A stretch of DNA of 64,000 bases from Octopus sinensis (Eukaryota). The notes beneath the pieces were generated by a model. That model worked only from the letters and a program-made list of their open reading frames with translations, searched no databases and was not told the origin of the DNA. Positions 23,440-37,099 of this stretch are shown here, one piece after another. Each line of letters begins with the position of its first letter. Positions within the stretch are counted from its first letter, which is position 1. The DNA lies in contig NC_042997.1 in NCBI RefSeq assembly GCF_006345805.1, forward strand, positions 75,392,001 to 75,456,000. Reading direction: 5' to 3'. Both the position numbers and the translations under genes were made by a program.

Positions 23440-25357
23440 GGTGCAGCTATCTGGTTCGCCAGCCTTCAGTCATTCGTCCAACCCATGCTAGCATGGAAAG
23501 TGGACATTAAACGATGATGATGATAAGATTGCTCAATAAAGAAAATGATTGGGAGAAAGAGAGTCTGCCGAATGTCGACCCAACAGAGGGACCAGCTATC
23601 CGAGTTCACAGTACCTTTGTTGATAAAGCAATTAAGAGTATGAACACGGGGAAAGCCCCCAGCCCATCAGGAATCAATGCAGAGATGCTCAAAATATCTG
23701 GCAGTGTCGGCTATAGCCTAGTCACCCGTATAGTTAACCAGGTGATACACGAAGGAGTCATACCCAATGACTGGTGTAGCCACACTATAGTCAACTGCTA
23801 CAAAGGTAAAGGTGACGCTTTAGATACAAATGATTACAAGTTGTTGGATCAGGTAATGAAGGTCACGGAGAGGGTCATAGCCAAACTAATTAGGGAGAGA
23901 GTCAGTTTAGATGACATGCAGTTTGGGTTCGTGCCAGGTAAAAGCACCACTGATGCTATATTTCTTGTAAGACAGCTGCAGGAGAAATACCTAGCCAAAG
24001 ATAAACCTCTGTACCTGGCTTTCATGGAGAAAGCCTTTGACAGGGTCCCCTGATCCCTTATCTGGTGGTCAAGGGGGAAACTAGGGATAGATGAATGGTT
24101 ATTGAGAGCTGTGCAGGCCATGTACAGGGATGCTGTCAGTAAGGTGAGGGTTGGCAACGAGTACAGTGAAGAATTCCAGGTAGAGGTAGGGGTCCACCAA
24201 GGTTCAGTCCTCATCATAGTCCTCCAGGCAATAACAGAGGAATTTAAAGACAGGATGCCCCTGGGAGCTCCTCTATGCTGACGACCTTACTCTAATTACT
24301 GGGTCACTATCAGAACTAGAAGAGAAGTTTCAGGTGTGGAAACAAGGATTAGAATTTAAGGGCCTTACAGTCAACCTAGCTAAAACCAAAGTCCTAATAA
24401 GTAGGAAGGCAGGGAGATGGCCCTGCTGGATCTGTAGTAGAGGTGTCGGTAGAAACTCTATAAGATGTACCCAGTGTAAGCTATGGACACATAAGAAGTG
24501 CAGCAATATCAAAGGAAGGCTAACTGGGAAGATAGTTTTTGTATGTGGCTGATGCTCAGGAGCAATAAACTGAAACTGTGCAGAGAACAATTTCCACCAC
24601 ATTCCAGGGAGAAAAACTAGAAGTAGTTGATAGCTTCCATTACCTAGATGACCAAGTCAGTAGTGGGTGAGGATGTGCAGAAAGTGTCGCTGCTAGAATA
24701 AGAATAGCCTGTTCAAAGTTCAGAGAGCTCTTACCTCTGCTGGTGACAAAGGCCTCTCACTCAGAGTAAAAGGTAGACTGTATGATGCATGTGTACAAAA
24801 ACCATGCTACATGGCACTGAAACATGGGCTGTGACTGCTGAGGACATGCGTAAGCTCGCAAAGAATGAAGCCAGTAGGCTCCGACGGATGTGTAATGTCA
24901 GTGTGCATACTCGACAGAGTGTAAGTACCTTGAGAGAAAAGTTGGGCCTAAGATGCATCAGATGTGGTATGCAAGAGAGATGACTGTGTTAGTATGGTCA
25001 CGTAGCGAGAATGGATGAAGGTAGCTGTTTGAAAAAGTGCCACACCCTAGCAGTTGAGGGAACCTGTGGAAGAGATAGACCCAGGAAGACCTGGGATGAA
25101 GTGGTGAAGCACAACCTTCAAACATTAGGCCTCATTGAGACCTTTGGAAATATGCTGTGCTTGAGAAGACCCGGCAAGCCATGTGAGGGCATAACCTCGT
25201 GGCCTATGCCAAGGGTGTAACCAGCCCACTTATGCCTACCTTTCCTTCATTAGACACTAAACTCTGCTTGCAAACACCTGTCGAGGCAAGTGAAATCAAA
25301 ATCAAATTTGATGACAGACATCTGTGCTAGTGGAGAGCTAAGAGCACCATCCGAGCG
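23440..25357 (+). mobile_element. RTE LINE body (RT) preceded by an RTE 3' tail; own 3' end missing
   Basis: ORF 23514-24053 (QFGFVPGKSTTDAIF.VRQLQEKY..MEKAFDRVP) and later fragments. Confidence 0.88.
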
Positions 25358-25379
25358 TGAACTCTGTAGATGTGACACT

Positions 25380-26250
25380 AGATCTAACTACTAGTTTTTA
25401 TAATTTTTTCTACAAACAGAGTGAAAAGCTTCCTGCTGTCTGTCCATTGTTTTCAAAAAACCTCTTAAAGGGTTTTGTCAGTAGGATACTAATCTATTCT
25501 CCAATAGAGATCCTTGATGCAGTTGCTCCCTGTTATAGCAAAGCCATTGTTGCTAGTGGTTTCACACACCATATTTGTATTATTTCTGATCATGTCTCCC
25601 TCAAAAGAATGTACTGCTATGACATCTATGTGGGTAGAAGCTCTCTTAAATGAAGACATAAGCATTTTCTGCCTATTAAAAACTATTCATTAGACATACT
25701 CTGAGGATCTCTTTAAATAACTCTTAGTTAAAGGCTCTAAACCAAGCATAGAAGCAGGCTGCTCATTGAAAGGTAACATTACATTCCTATTTCATGGAAA
25801 ATGTAACACAGATGTTGTTCATGAAGTAGAGGTCATATCTAAGGACCACAGTAGGATGACACAAGGGCAACAAAATGTTACTACATTATGTATGTCTATC
25901 AAATACCCAACTGAAATTTACAGGTCATCTTTCAAGATCTAGGAAAGGCAAAATATCTCAACATTAACCAGGCACACATTGATGTATAAGATCAACTGGA
26001 ATTTGCTTGAAAAATATAGACCCTATTTATCAGCAGTAGGAAATGCAGCATGGTCTCTTTGGCTTAGAAGCAGATAATCCTGAAGCCTTCACTATACCCA
26101 GAGAATTCCATGAACTCTAAGTTTTTTTCTTTGCCCTTCTGAACATAAATATTGTTGTGCCCTGCAGATTCCTGCCAGCCAACAAGGGTCTAACAGTCTG
26201 TGTCGGTAGTTCAGGAGACCATAGGTGAGCTCAGCAAGCCAACTTGCTTA
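25380..26250 (-). mobile_element. Highly decayed LINE fragment (possibly RTE endonuclease region)
   Basis: Only weak motif resemblance. Confidence 0.3.
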
Positions 26251-27179
26251 GTGAGAAAGAAGTGATAGTCAGAAGAGTTGATAATAACAAACAAAACCAT
26301 TGAGTATAAACAAAATAAAAGAACTTTAATTAAGAGGCAATAAACATTTATGGAATACATCTTAGTGAGTTGTTCCTTTTACCTCTGAAATGTGTAGACT
26401 TTTTTTGGTGCACCAGTCAAATGATTTTATTTTCTATCTTTTTTTTTTCCAATTGGATTTTGTTGTTACTTCAAATTCACATTATTCCAGTAACTAACTT
26501 CAACTCTGCATTCTTTACATTGCTAAATTCACACTAACTATTTACACAACCAGTTCAAAACCATTTTCCTTGCAGCAAAGATGCCACTGTTCACATTAAC
26601 CACTGAAGCCACCATCGCATCGAAGCGACTTATCATCTGATGTCAACTTCACACTCAATGTTCTTTACTTCACCAAGTTCACACTGACTATTTTCACAGC
26701 CAGTTCAAAAATGTCCACCTTACAGCAAAGATGCCATTGTTCACATTAACCACTGATGCCAACTTCACACTTGACATCAGTTACTATGTCAACAGTTTAA
26801 CATGAACCATTCGACATCGACCACATGGCACTGACTGCTCTATCAATTATTCACATAAACCACTCACGTCAACTGCCAGCACTCACTTTGAACCACCACT
26901 TGACACCAACTGCTCATGCACGTCAACCAATGCACATCAGCTCCTTGCACAGACTAACTTGCCACATATTCAATAGTAGTCCACTCACATAGTAAAAACA
27001 CGTCAAACCATACAGCCTATATTTTAAACAGTCACATGTCTGCAACAAATTATTTTTTCCATCTTCCATGGCAAAACCAGAGGCTGGTGTTCTAATTCAC
27101 ATAGTACAAACAAGAAATTATCTGCATATAATTTCTTGTTCATAAGGATCGGTATTTTCCTCTGTGAGTTTTAACCCCT

Positions 27180-27340
27180 TACACTTTGTAGATGATGATG
27201 CTCGCATTACCCACACAGAGACAGCCCTACAGTACATCAACTTTTGCTTTGCAGAAATTGCTCACCACTTTGGTCTAGAAGTCAGTTTAAAAAAATAATA
27301 CTCCATCAACCTGCATTGTAACTAGGATACCACCCCCTTC
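27180..27340 (+). mobile_element. RTE/BovB-type RT fragment
   Basis: Translation ..DD(A)RITHTETALQYI..FAEIAHHFGLEVSLKK. Confidence 0.55.
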
Positions 27341-27597
27341 ACATCACCATCAGGGAGACTGAGAGATATATTGTGGTGATGGAGAAATAATTTGGTGTTT
27401 TAGTGGGGTGATCAATGTAAAATATGGGTGGAGAGGAGAATATAAGGATTAAGGATAGATATAAAAAAAATAGTTTTGGACAGTGTGAAAGGTGAGTTAT
27501 ATCAGGGAAAAACTACAGTTAGAGAGATGATGGGTGGTGGGAGTATCCTGAAGAGGGAATTGGGCAATGGCCCTAGTTGTGTGTGTATATATATATA

Positions 27598-28806
27598 TGA
27601 GAGTGGACTGAAAAGTTAATAGACTGACTATGAAGGAGTGATGCTAAAACTGTGAAATCTTGCATGCATTCATTTCAACTCTTCTTATCTATAACTGTAT
27701 TATTTCTTTAGGTAGACTGACATCTGACTGTTCAGAGAAGACTTCAAAAGTAATTGGTAGCAACTTCGCTTGAAAATGGACAAAATTTTGCTTTGTGGCA
27801 ACTACCTTCAGAAGTAGACTTTAGCCCCCAAGGACATTCATGGTGACATAGTTGCTTCATTAAGGGATGCCACTCCATCTTCTCTTAAATTTAGCTGAAT
27901 TTGGGAGGGAAGGGAGAGTGTTGAACATGACGCAACATTGAGGAAAACATTGATCATGTTCACCACACAGTGATGGATGACAGGCAGTTGACAAAACATC
28001 AAATAGCCAATTCTATAAGCAAATCCTGTTGAGAATATTCTGAACAATGGACTTGACATGACGAAGGTTTAAGCTTGGTAAGTGCCACATCTTCTGACAC
28101 CTGATCAAAAGCATACCAGGCTGATCACATCTCAGGAAAATCTGACATTATTTGAGGCAGATTCAGCTTGTTTCCACCAGGAAGGGTGTTAGGTTCATCT
28201 CTTTAAGCCAGAAACAAAGAGACAATCCATGCAGTGGGAAAATCCCTCCTCACCTTCTTCAAAGAATGCCAAGATTGTTTCATCTGTAAGGAAAGTGATG
28301 GCCTTGGTTTGTTAGGATGCAAAAGGCATTGTGTTTATTGACTATGTTCAAAAGAGCCACATCATCAATAGAGAGTATTATGTAAACTTGCTGAGACAGT
28401 TATGAAACCTCAAAGAAAACTGATGAAAGGGGTCTTGTTTCATCAGGACAAAGCTCTAGCACACAAGTCCTTGGTTTCAAAGGCTGCTGCGCATGACTGT
28501 GGCTTTGAACTGGTTGATCACCCTCCCTGTTCTTCTGATTTAGTCCTGTCTGACTCATCTGTTCCCCAACAGGAAAAACAGTTGGCTGAGAACCAGTATT
28601 GCAGTGATGATAACATCATGTCTGCTACTGATGACTGTTTTGACCAATGGGATGAAAACTATTTCACTAATAGTTTCACTAAGCACTGTAACATGATGGA
28701 AGAAAGGTGTGGACCATAAAGGGGTCTATGTTGAAAAATCAACTTCATTTGGTTACATTCCATTAGTTTGTCTTTGTCAGCCTATGAACTTTTCAGCCAA
28801 CCCTTG
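27598..28806 (+). mobile_element. mariner transposon, full length but degenerate
   Basis: TIRs TA|tgagagtggactgaaaagttaatagactgac and gtcagcctatgaacttttcagccaacccttg|TA; ORF remnants (LFHQDKALAHKS..HPPCSSDL). Confidence 0.9.
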
Positions 28807-29364
28807 TAATAGAGAAATTCGAGATTTTCTTTGTGAAATATTTTATCATATTGATATATGGTTCTTTTTCTACTTTCTCATCTGCCTTTCATTCATATGT
28901 CTGAAGTTAGAAATATTGCATGTTAATTTTGGACAAAAACTGTTCAACACTTGATTTCACGTTAAAAGTGCTATGAATCAAATACAGATACAAAATACTG
29001 TATTTTTCTACATCTTCTTTTACACATACCTGTTACAAACTCTCTCAGCTTTTGTTAAATGTCAAGTTAAGTTAATGATCCAGTCTTCAGTTACACATGA
29101 ATAATTATTTATATTTATATTAAATGTTGATTACACCACCACTATCACTTACCACTACCACCAGTAGTAAATACATCTATGTTTTAACTGATTACGATGA
29201 GTTATTTTTGTTTATATAAATTATTTTTTCGTTGTTGCTATTCACCATTAAAAGTGACCATATGGTTCCTCCTCCATATAATAATTTAAAAAGCTAAATT
29301 CAAGACAAACAGAAGCTACTGTATTTATTATTGTTGGTTCTATACAGATTAATTTCTCTTATAG

Positions 29365-29552
29365 CTATCTGGTGCATTGGTACGAGGCTGTGTACATCAT
29401 ATGAACCACTTGAACCTCTCCCGGAACCCTTTCAGTCTTAGGAAAACAAAAGAAGCTACAGTTCCTCAGTCATGGAAACAACTATTCTCAAGTTTCTTCC
29501 AGCTTTTTCACCTGGACCTTTCAAATTGCAAACTCCCCATAGAAGCAGTGAG
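29365..29552 (+). CDS. CARMIL: CARMIL/LRRC16 internal exon D
   Basis: ttctcttatAG acceptor and GTAAGT donor; phase 0 in, phase 2 out. Encodes LSGALVRGCVHHMNHLNLSRNPFSLRKTKEATVPQSWKQLFSSFFQLFHLDLSNCKLPIEAV(R); the GALxRGC and VPxSxKQxFSS motifs match CARMIL. Confidence 0.92.
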
Positions 29553-31057
29553 GTAAGTTGTAACATCCACTCTTGCAGAATGTGAATAATGCTGGAAAGC
29601 AACTGGGTATTGGAGGTATTGGTCTTGTACAAAGAAATTATTATTATTATTTGAGAGAAAAAAAAGGAAAATTATTTTTTAAAATGTAGGAATAATTGTA
29701 AGAATGTTAAAAACATACTGAATATTTGAAAAAATTGTATTTCAATTAATTCACTCACTCAACAGAAAGACATTGCTAACTTATAACCACTTTTTGCATG
29801 GTGTATGATTTTTATATAAATTTTGTGTTGATGAGTATACAATACTTAAAAGAATCATACACCATGGCCTTGAAGCTTTATTTTTGTTTATTGAGAAGTA
29901 CAGTAATGGGCATTACAGTTTTATAAAAAAGCTCAACACTAAATATATTATATTGACATATACATATCTTTTCACCTTAGCATAGACACCTATATCTTCT
30001 AACAACTATATCTCATCCTGCATTAAAAACACTTTTCTCACCTAACCTTTTTTGAAGTCATTATTCTTCTTGATTTTTGTGCACTCAACTTGTAGCTCTC
30101 TTACTTCTCTCATACAAGTTCTGCTTCATAGAGGTTAAAATGTTGTCCTCTCAAAGTGTCCTCACTCATTTACCTGATTGTTAAAGAAACAGTCCAGACC
30201 TCTTGTTGGTTTTCAGTCTAACTATGAAAAACATTTCTGACCAAGGGATCAAGTGAGGACTGATGATAGGAATGGCATTTGGCTGCAGAAAATTTACCTC
30301 ACAAAATTCCATCTGATCCATATGTGCATAGAAAAGTAGACTTGAAAACAATGGCACCAATAGTTGATTGATTGCTGAGCATTCATAATACCAAGTAATG
30401 CCCAGGTTCTTTTAGCCCATACTCTAAAATGCAGCCACTACAACAAGCTAGTGCAATTGTAGTTATTCTTTTATTACTTATTTCAGTCATTTGACTCTGG
30501 CCATGCTGGAGCACCACCTTTAGTTACTCTAACTTTTCAGTAACTATTTTGTTTTACTACTCATTAAGGACTTGTTCTTCATTCTTAGTAGTGATGCTCC
30601 TTTCTCACATCTATCATAGCCATGATGAAGTATTTTCTACTTCAATTCTCCTGCTCAAGAACTGCTGCTCTGCCATCCTTCCTAAGTCCAATGTCTACTA
30701 AGTAAGCTTTAGTAGATCTGATTACAAACATGCATGATCGCATGTTATGGGAAGCACCATACATTGCCGTTTACATAATTTACACAATTTGTTTCATGTG
30801 TCCATTCCATATTGTTTTTCCAAGACACTATCAAATATATCAGAACTTATTTGTCAAGTCATACCATGCTGTAAAATCATTACATTAGTCTATAATTGCA
30901 GGTGTTTTTGAAATATGAATGAATATTTTCTTGAAAATTCATATGCACCTTTTAGTCATTTGCACTATGTAGAAGTCTACATATCAGCTTTGATTCTTTA
31001 TGCTCCCATGTTAAACTTTCTCACTTTCCTTATGGAAAATAACTGGTGCAATGTTTG

Positions 31058-34000
31058 TGTTCTGGTGAAATCCTGACACCCCTGTGGGATAGCTAGTGAA
31101 CTATCTTAAACCTTATAAAGGTGCATGTGTACTGAAGGTGCAATGTACAGTGTGGTGTGTGCAGTCACATTTGTAAAGGCAGTCTTAGAAGTTGTTGAGA
31201 AGTGATATAAGTTTGTTACATGTTTGTTACTGATTTAGATTTTCTAGTGTTATAACACTGTTACAGTTTTGTCTATATCCAAACTCAAGGTTATAAGAGT
31301 GGTGATGAGACATTTGAAACTCACTGTGGACATTTTTAGCATAGAAGACCTATTAGCTTCCATGGTACAGTTGCAACGGAAACTACAACAACAACAGAAA
31401 CAGTTGCAACTACAACAGCAACAACAAGAACAACAGCAACAGCAACAATATCAACTGTTGTTGGAATTATTGTTGCAGTCCAAAATCACTTCAGGTTTGT
31501 TTACGGCAGACGGGGTTGCTAAGAATTTACTTATAATCCAGAAGAAGGGATTACATTTTCTGCATACTTCAGAAGATATGAAGGAATCTTCAAAGAAGAA
31601 AGTAGAAACTGGATGGATGAAAAAAAGGTACAACTTTTTTTAAAGAAATTATCACCCGCAGAACATGAAAAGTATTTTAATTACATCCTGTTGAGAAAAC
31701 CATCTGAAATTTGTTTCTAGGAAACAATTAACTTGTTATCTAAAATATTCTGTGAAAGAAGTTCACTATTTAATATTTGCTGGGAGTGCTTGAATTTGAA
31801 AAAAAAAAGAAACTGAAGATTTCATCACGTATGCCAGACTCATAAACAGAGAATGTAAAAAATTTAAGCTCAACGAATTAACCCCAGACATGTTCAAATG
31901 TGTAATCTTTGTACAAGGATGTAATCTTTGTGCAAGCAAGGATGCAGAGATACATCATCATCATCATCGTTTAGCGTCCGCTTTCCATGCTAGCATGGGT
32001 TGGACGGTTCAACTGGGGTCTGGGAAGCCAGAAGGCTGCACCAGGCCCAGTCTGATCTGGCAATGTTTCTACGGCTGGATGCCCTTCTTAACACCAGCTG
32101 TCAGATACAGGCTCAGATATTGACAAAACTAGAACAAGATTTGAAACTTACTCTACAGGCAGTTGTTGAAGAATGCCAAAGGATTATAAATTTATGACAA
32201 GATGCAGAAAAAAATTGAAAAAGATAATTCAAATGTATATACATGTCAACCTGTAACAGATAAGAAAAAAGAAAAACAACAGTCAAGATCCAAACTATGC
32301 TATGGGTATAGAGAAATACATTTTAAAAGAAACTGTCCTTTTGAAAACCTAAAATGTTTTGGATGTGGAAAAATCGGACATAAGAATTCACATTGTTGAG
32401 TGAAACAAAAGGTCAAATGAAAAAATTTCGAGAAAAAGTATTGTCAACATAAATGCAAAGCGAGGCACAAAAAAGAAAATTTGTCTCCTTAAAAATAAAT
32501 AATGTGAGTATGAGACTACAGCTGGATACAGGTAGTGATATCATGTTAATTAACAGTGATACATGTAGAAAAATAGGAAAGCCTATATTGAAATAACTTC
32601 GAAAATTGCATGAGGTTTTTCAGGGGAAACAATTGTGATTTTGGGGCAAAATAATAAGTGAGGTGACATTTCGTGGAAAAACTTTAAAAGCCAAAGTTTT
32701 TGTATTAAAAAATACGACAAACTATTTGGCACAGACTGGATAGAACTATTTAATTTATGGGACCTCCCCATAAATATTTTTTGTAATAATGTAAACAGTT
32801 CTTACACCAGTTCAAAAAAAGCATTGGAGGATTTAAAAGAGAACTTAGAAAAGATTTTTCCTGATGTTTTTTCTGAAGAATTAGGTAGGTGCACCAAGAC
32901 AAAAGTAAAACTTCAAGTAAAAACAAACAATGTACCAGTATTTAAATTGGAGCTTTACATTTTGCGACATTGAATCAGGTCATCAAGGAATTGGATAGAC
33001 TTGAAATGCTTGGACTTATAGAAAAAATAGATTATTCAGAATGGGCACCATTCTTGTATAGATTATTTCATTCAACTAGATGTAAAGAAAAATAAATAAA
33101 TAAAATACGAGTATGCGCTGACTTCTCAACAGTCTTGAATGAATGTTTGATAACATACAATTACCCATTACCAAGTCTGGAGGAAATTTTTGTGAAATTC
33201 AGTGGAGGAAAATTTTTTTCAAACTTGGACTTGTCGGAAACATATTTACAATTACAAGTTGAAGAGGAATGTTTGAAATTATTAACGATAAACACCCATA
33301 AAGATTTATATGAATTCAATCAACTTCCTTTTGGGATAAAGGTGGCACCTAGTATTTTCCAACAGGTGATGGACAGTATGCTTGCAGATACGGATTTTGC
33401 TATAGCTTACCTGGATGACATACTTGTAAAACGTGAGTCTTGAGGCCAGCATGAAGAACATGTTAAAAAGGTCTTTGAAAGAATAAAGGAGTATGGATTT
33501 AAACTTAGCAAGGAAAAATGCAAATTTTTCATGCCAGAAATAAAGTATCTGGGCAAGTTATTGATAAAAATGGTTGCAGCCAGATCCTTTAAGATTGACT
33601 TCAGTAAAAAATATGCCTCCCCCAAAAAATATTATGTTACAAGCATTCTTGGGGTTCACAAACTATTACCAAACATATACATGAGCTAAGAGCACCCCTA
33701 AGCAACCTATTGAAAAAAGACATTATTGCATTCGAAGAAATTAAAGTTTTAACATAGGAACTGTCATTATTGCACTTTGATCCAAATTCACAGCAAGCAA
33801 GGCACAGGGCCAGACTTTAGATCATGTAGGTGTATTTATTTAAAAATAGTAGTAGCATCAGATGCTAGTGAAAGTGGTATAGGAGCAGTAATCTTCAACA
33901 AGTATGAAAATGGTAGCCTAAAACCCATCGCTCATGCTTCACATTCATTGTTGGCAGCTGAAAAAAACTACGACCAAATTGAGAAGGAGGCATTAGCCAT

Positions 34001-35781
34001 TATTTTTGCGGTGAAGAAATTTCACAAATTCATGTATGGAAGGAAATTGAGTCTGCAGACAGATCACTGCCCATTGTTGTCAATTTACAGAGTGAAAAAG
34101 GGTATCCCCATTACATACAGCCAACCAATTGCAGCGCTGGGGGATGATCCTGCTGGGGTATGACATTAAGATGGAATTTCTACCATTGAAAACTCATGAG
34201 ACATGCAGATAGGCTGTCAAGATTGATTCCTAAATACAATGACCCGTTAGAAGACACAGTAATAGCAGCATTAAAAGCTGAAATCAAAATAAAATATATA
34301 ATCTGCAATGTAGTACATGAACTACCTGTCACTTTAGAGTAAAAAAAAATAAAAATAAGAGAAGGATGTGTTCATAATAAAAATGAAAAAAAAATAGTGA
34401 AGTCAGAAACAAATTCAAAAACTAATGTAGCCAAGCATAATAGTTTCGAAATGGTATTTGATATGTGATGACATACTTATGTACACTCAGAGGGTTGTAA
34501 CAGCTGTTTCTTTGCAAAATCGTATGCTAAAAGAATTCCACATGGGACATCCAGGAATCATATTCTGCTGGCTGAATATGGATCAGGATATTGAAAAATT
34601 GGTGAAAGCCTGCAGGGGTTTTGCCCTGGCAGCAAAAGCACCACCTATAAAAATTCAGCCTTGGCCCAAGACTGACATACCTTGATCTAGATTACACATA
34701 GATTTCGCAGGAACATTAAATAGAGGGTATTATCTAACAGTTGTGGATAGTTACACAAGATGGCCAAAAATATGTAAATGTAGGAAGTCAACCTCCAAAG
34801 TAACAATGGGATTTCTGGATGAATTTTTTGTGCAATATGGCGTCCCAGACACTATAGTGTTTGATAATGGAACACAGTTCACATCAAAGGAATTTAAAAC
34901 CTTTTGCAAAATGCATGCTGTGGAGCATATTACTACTCTGCCATACCATCCGAAATCGAATAGACTAGCGGAACTTTTTGTAGACATGTTAAAGAGGACG
35001 CTGAAAAATTCTAGGAATGTGCTACTAACTGAAACTGTATTAATGCAATTCTTAAGTGTCTACCGAATAGCACCTAACCCCAACACCACTTTAGATGTGT
35101 TGCCGGCTAACTAATGTTCAGTGGGAGAGTCAGGTCAGTGTTTGATAAATTACTACCCAGAAGAAAAGAAAAAGTGGAGAGAAACACTGAAAATAAGATA
35201 AAATACTTCAAAATCGGTGACAAGGTGTTTTTTAAAATATTCAGAAATGGAAAGGAAAGTTGGGAAGAAGGTATAACAAGTAAACGTTTGAAACACAAAA
35301 GACATTTAAACTAACTGAAAAGAAGGTTTACAGAAGAAAGAATAAGACATGAAAAACCAATGGAATTTCTTTGACATTTTTGACGTCCCAGTACCTCAAG
35401 GAATAGTCAAACCAACAAGTATATCAACTAGGAAAGGAAAACAAACAGAACTTTTGCAAGTAGAGCCAAAACGAAAAAAATATTCCAATTTCTTCCTGGG
35501 GAATTGAAAAAAAGTAGGGGTAGATGTGGTAATATATAATAAATGAAAGAAAAATATTGACTTCCAAAGAAAGTCAATCTCAAAAAGGGGAGATGTTGTA
35601 GTGAAATCCTTGTGGGATAGGAAGTGAACTGTCCTAAACCTTATAAAGGTACATGCATACTGACAGTGCAATGTACAGTGTGGTGTGTGCAGCCACATTT
35701 GTGAAGAAATATAAGTTTGTTGTGTGTTTGTTTCTGATTTAGTTTTTGTAGTTCCAGTGTAGTCTAGATCCAAACTCAAGG
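31058..35781 (+). mobile_element. Ty3/Gypsy LTR retrotransposon, near full length, degenerate
   Basis: 5' LTR 31058-31298, PBS-like tggtgatgag at 31300, polyQ gag with CCHC (CFGCGKIGHKNSHC), PR, RT (YLDD, 33135-33443), RH, IN, PPT aaaaaggggaga, and 3' LTR 35594-35781 (truncated). Confidence 0.93.
31955..32102 (-). mobile_element. RTE 3' tail inserted in Gypsy gag
   Basis: (CAT)n plus RTE 3' UTR, flanked by an agataca duplication; removing it restores gag KDAEIQAQILTKLEQ. Confidence 0.8.
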
Positions 35782-35807
35782 AATAGTCATACCAATAAGT
35801 ATATTGA

Positions 35808-36060
35808 CTAGGCGATATTTTCTGTTTGATCAGCACTAATTTTCAATTTACTGGAGTCTGTTGCTCTACTCATAGTGACATATAACTGGCTGTGTGTAAA
35901 CATCAGAGTCGGTAAAAATACACCTACATGATCTAAAGTCTGGCCCTGTGCCTTGCTTGCTGTGAATGTGCGAGAATTACTCATGGTCAGTGAATTTTTT
36001 AATAAAAATGCGAAGGTAGTTTTTCGATTCAAAAAAGAGTCTTGCATTATTTTGCTGTTC
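35808..36060 (-). mobile_element. Helitron/PIF1-like helicase C-terminal fragment
   Basis: ORF 35808-36239 ends ..FTASKAQGQTLDHVGVFLPTLMFTHSQLYVTMSRA.., matching PIF1 motifs V/VI (K.QGQTL..VG..L..P.F.HGQLYVA.SR). Confidence 0.75.
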
Positions 36061-36186
36061 TGTAATGTTTGTGTCAGCTGGTAGATTTCTTTTTCTGAAA
36101 ACACTACCTTTTCCAGATTGTTACTTAAGCATTTACTCAAAAAACCAAGTGCACCAATTATTGTTGGTGAAAATGTGCTGGCATTG

Positions 36187-36910
36187 GTTGGACGATTTGA
36201 CTGAGGACTGGCGAACCAGATGGCTGCACCAGGCTCCAATCTGATCTGGCAGTGTTTCTACAGCTGGATGCCCTTTCTAACGCCAACAACTCCGAGAGTG
36301 TAGTGGGTGCTTTTACATGCCACCAGCATGAGGGCCAGTCAGGCGGTACTGGCACTAAGTGGTGTTTTTTACATGCCACCTGCACAGGAGCCAGCCCAGC
36401 GGCACTGGCGACGACCTCGTTAAGATGTTTTTCATGTGCCACCAACACAAGTGCCAATAAGGTGATGCTGGTAACGATCACACTCGAATGGTGCTTTTTA
36501 TGTGCCACTGGCATAGAAGCCAGTCAGCTACTCTGGTAGCAATCATGCTCAGATGGTGCTCTTAGTGTTCCACTGGCTTGGGTGCCAGTCATCGAATTCG
36601 TGAATTTGATTTGATTTCGATTTCACTTGCCTCAACAGGTCTTCGCAAGCAGAGTTTAGTGTCCAATGAAGGAAATGTATGCATAAGTGGGCTGGTTACA
36701 CCCCTGGCATAGGCCATGGGTTATGATCTCACTTGGCTTGCCAGGTCTTCTCACGCACTGCATATTTCCAAAGGTCTCAGTCACTAGTCATTGCCTCGGT
36801 GAGGCCTAATGTTCGAAGGTCGTGCTTCACCACCTCATCCCAGGTCTTCCATAGGTTCTCTGAACCGCTAAAGTGTGGCACTTTTTCACACAGCTATCCT
36901 CATCCATTCT
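36187..36910 (-). mobile_element. RTE LINE 3' fragment
   Basis: Same 3' UTR and tandem units as the other copies. Confidence 0.85.
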
Positions 36911-37099
36911 CTGTTGAAAAATAAACCTCATTTGGTCACATTCCAGGAATATATCTTGATCAGTCATCCCTCATACATACACACACGCATATGGTCTTTT
37001 TCTTTCTCATTATTCTTTTAATTTAGAATAAATTTCAACCAACCACCTGCTTGGTTGCAAGGTTGTGAAAGGAAGCATCTTGTTTTGTTCATCATCCTT

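Noticed and set aside
27540-27580. CTGAAGA ggg..ccc motif
   Set aside because: No GAAA-stem III-NUH half.
31269-31643. polyQ ORF as a host gene
   Set aside because: Starts within the 5' LTR/PBS and is the Gypsy gag start.
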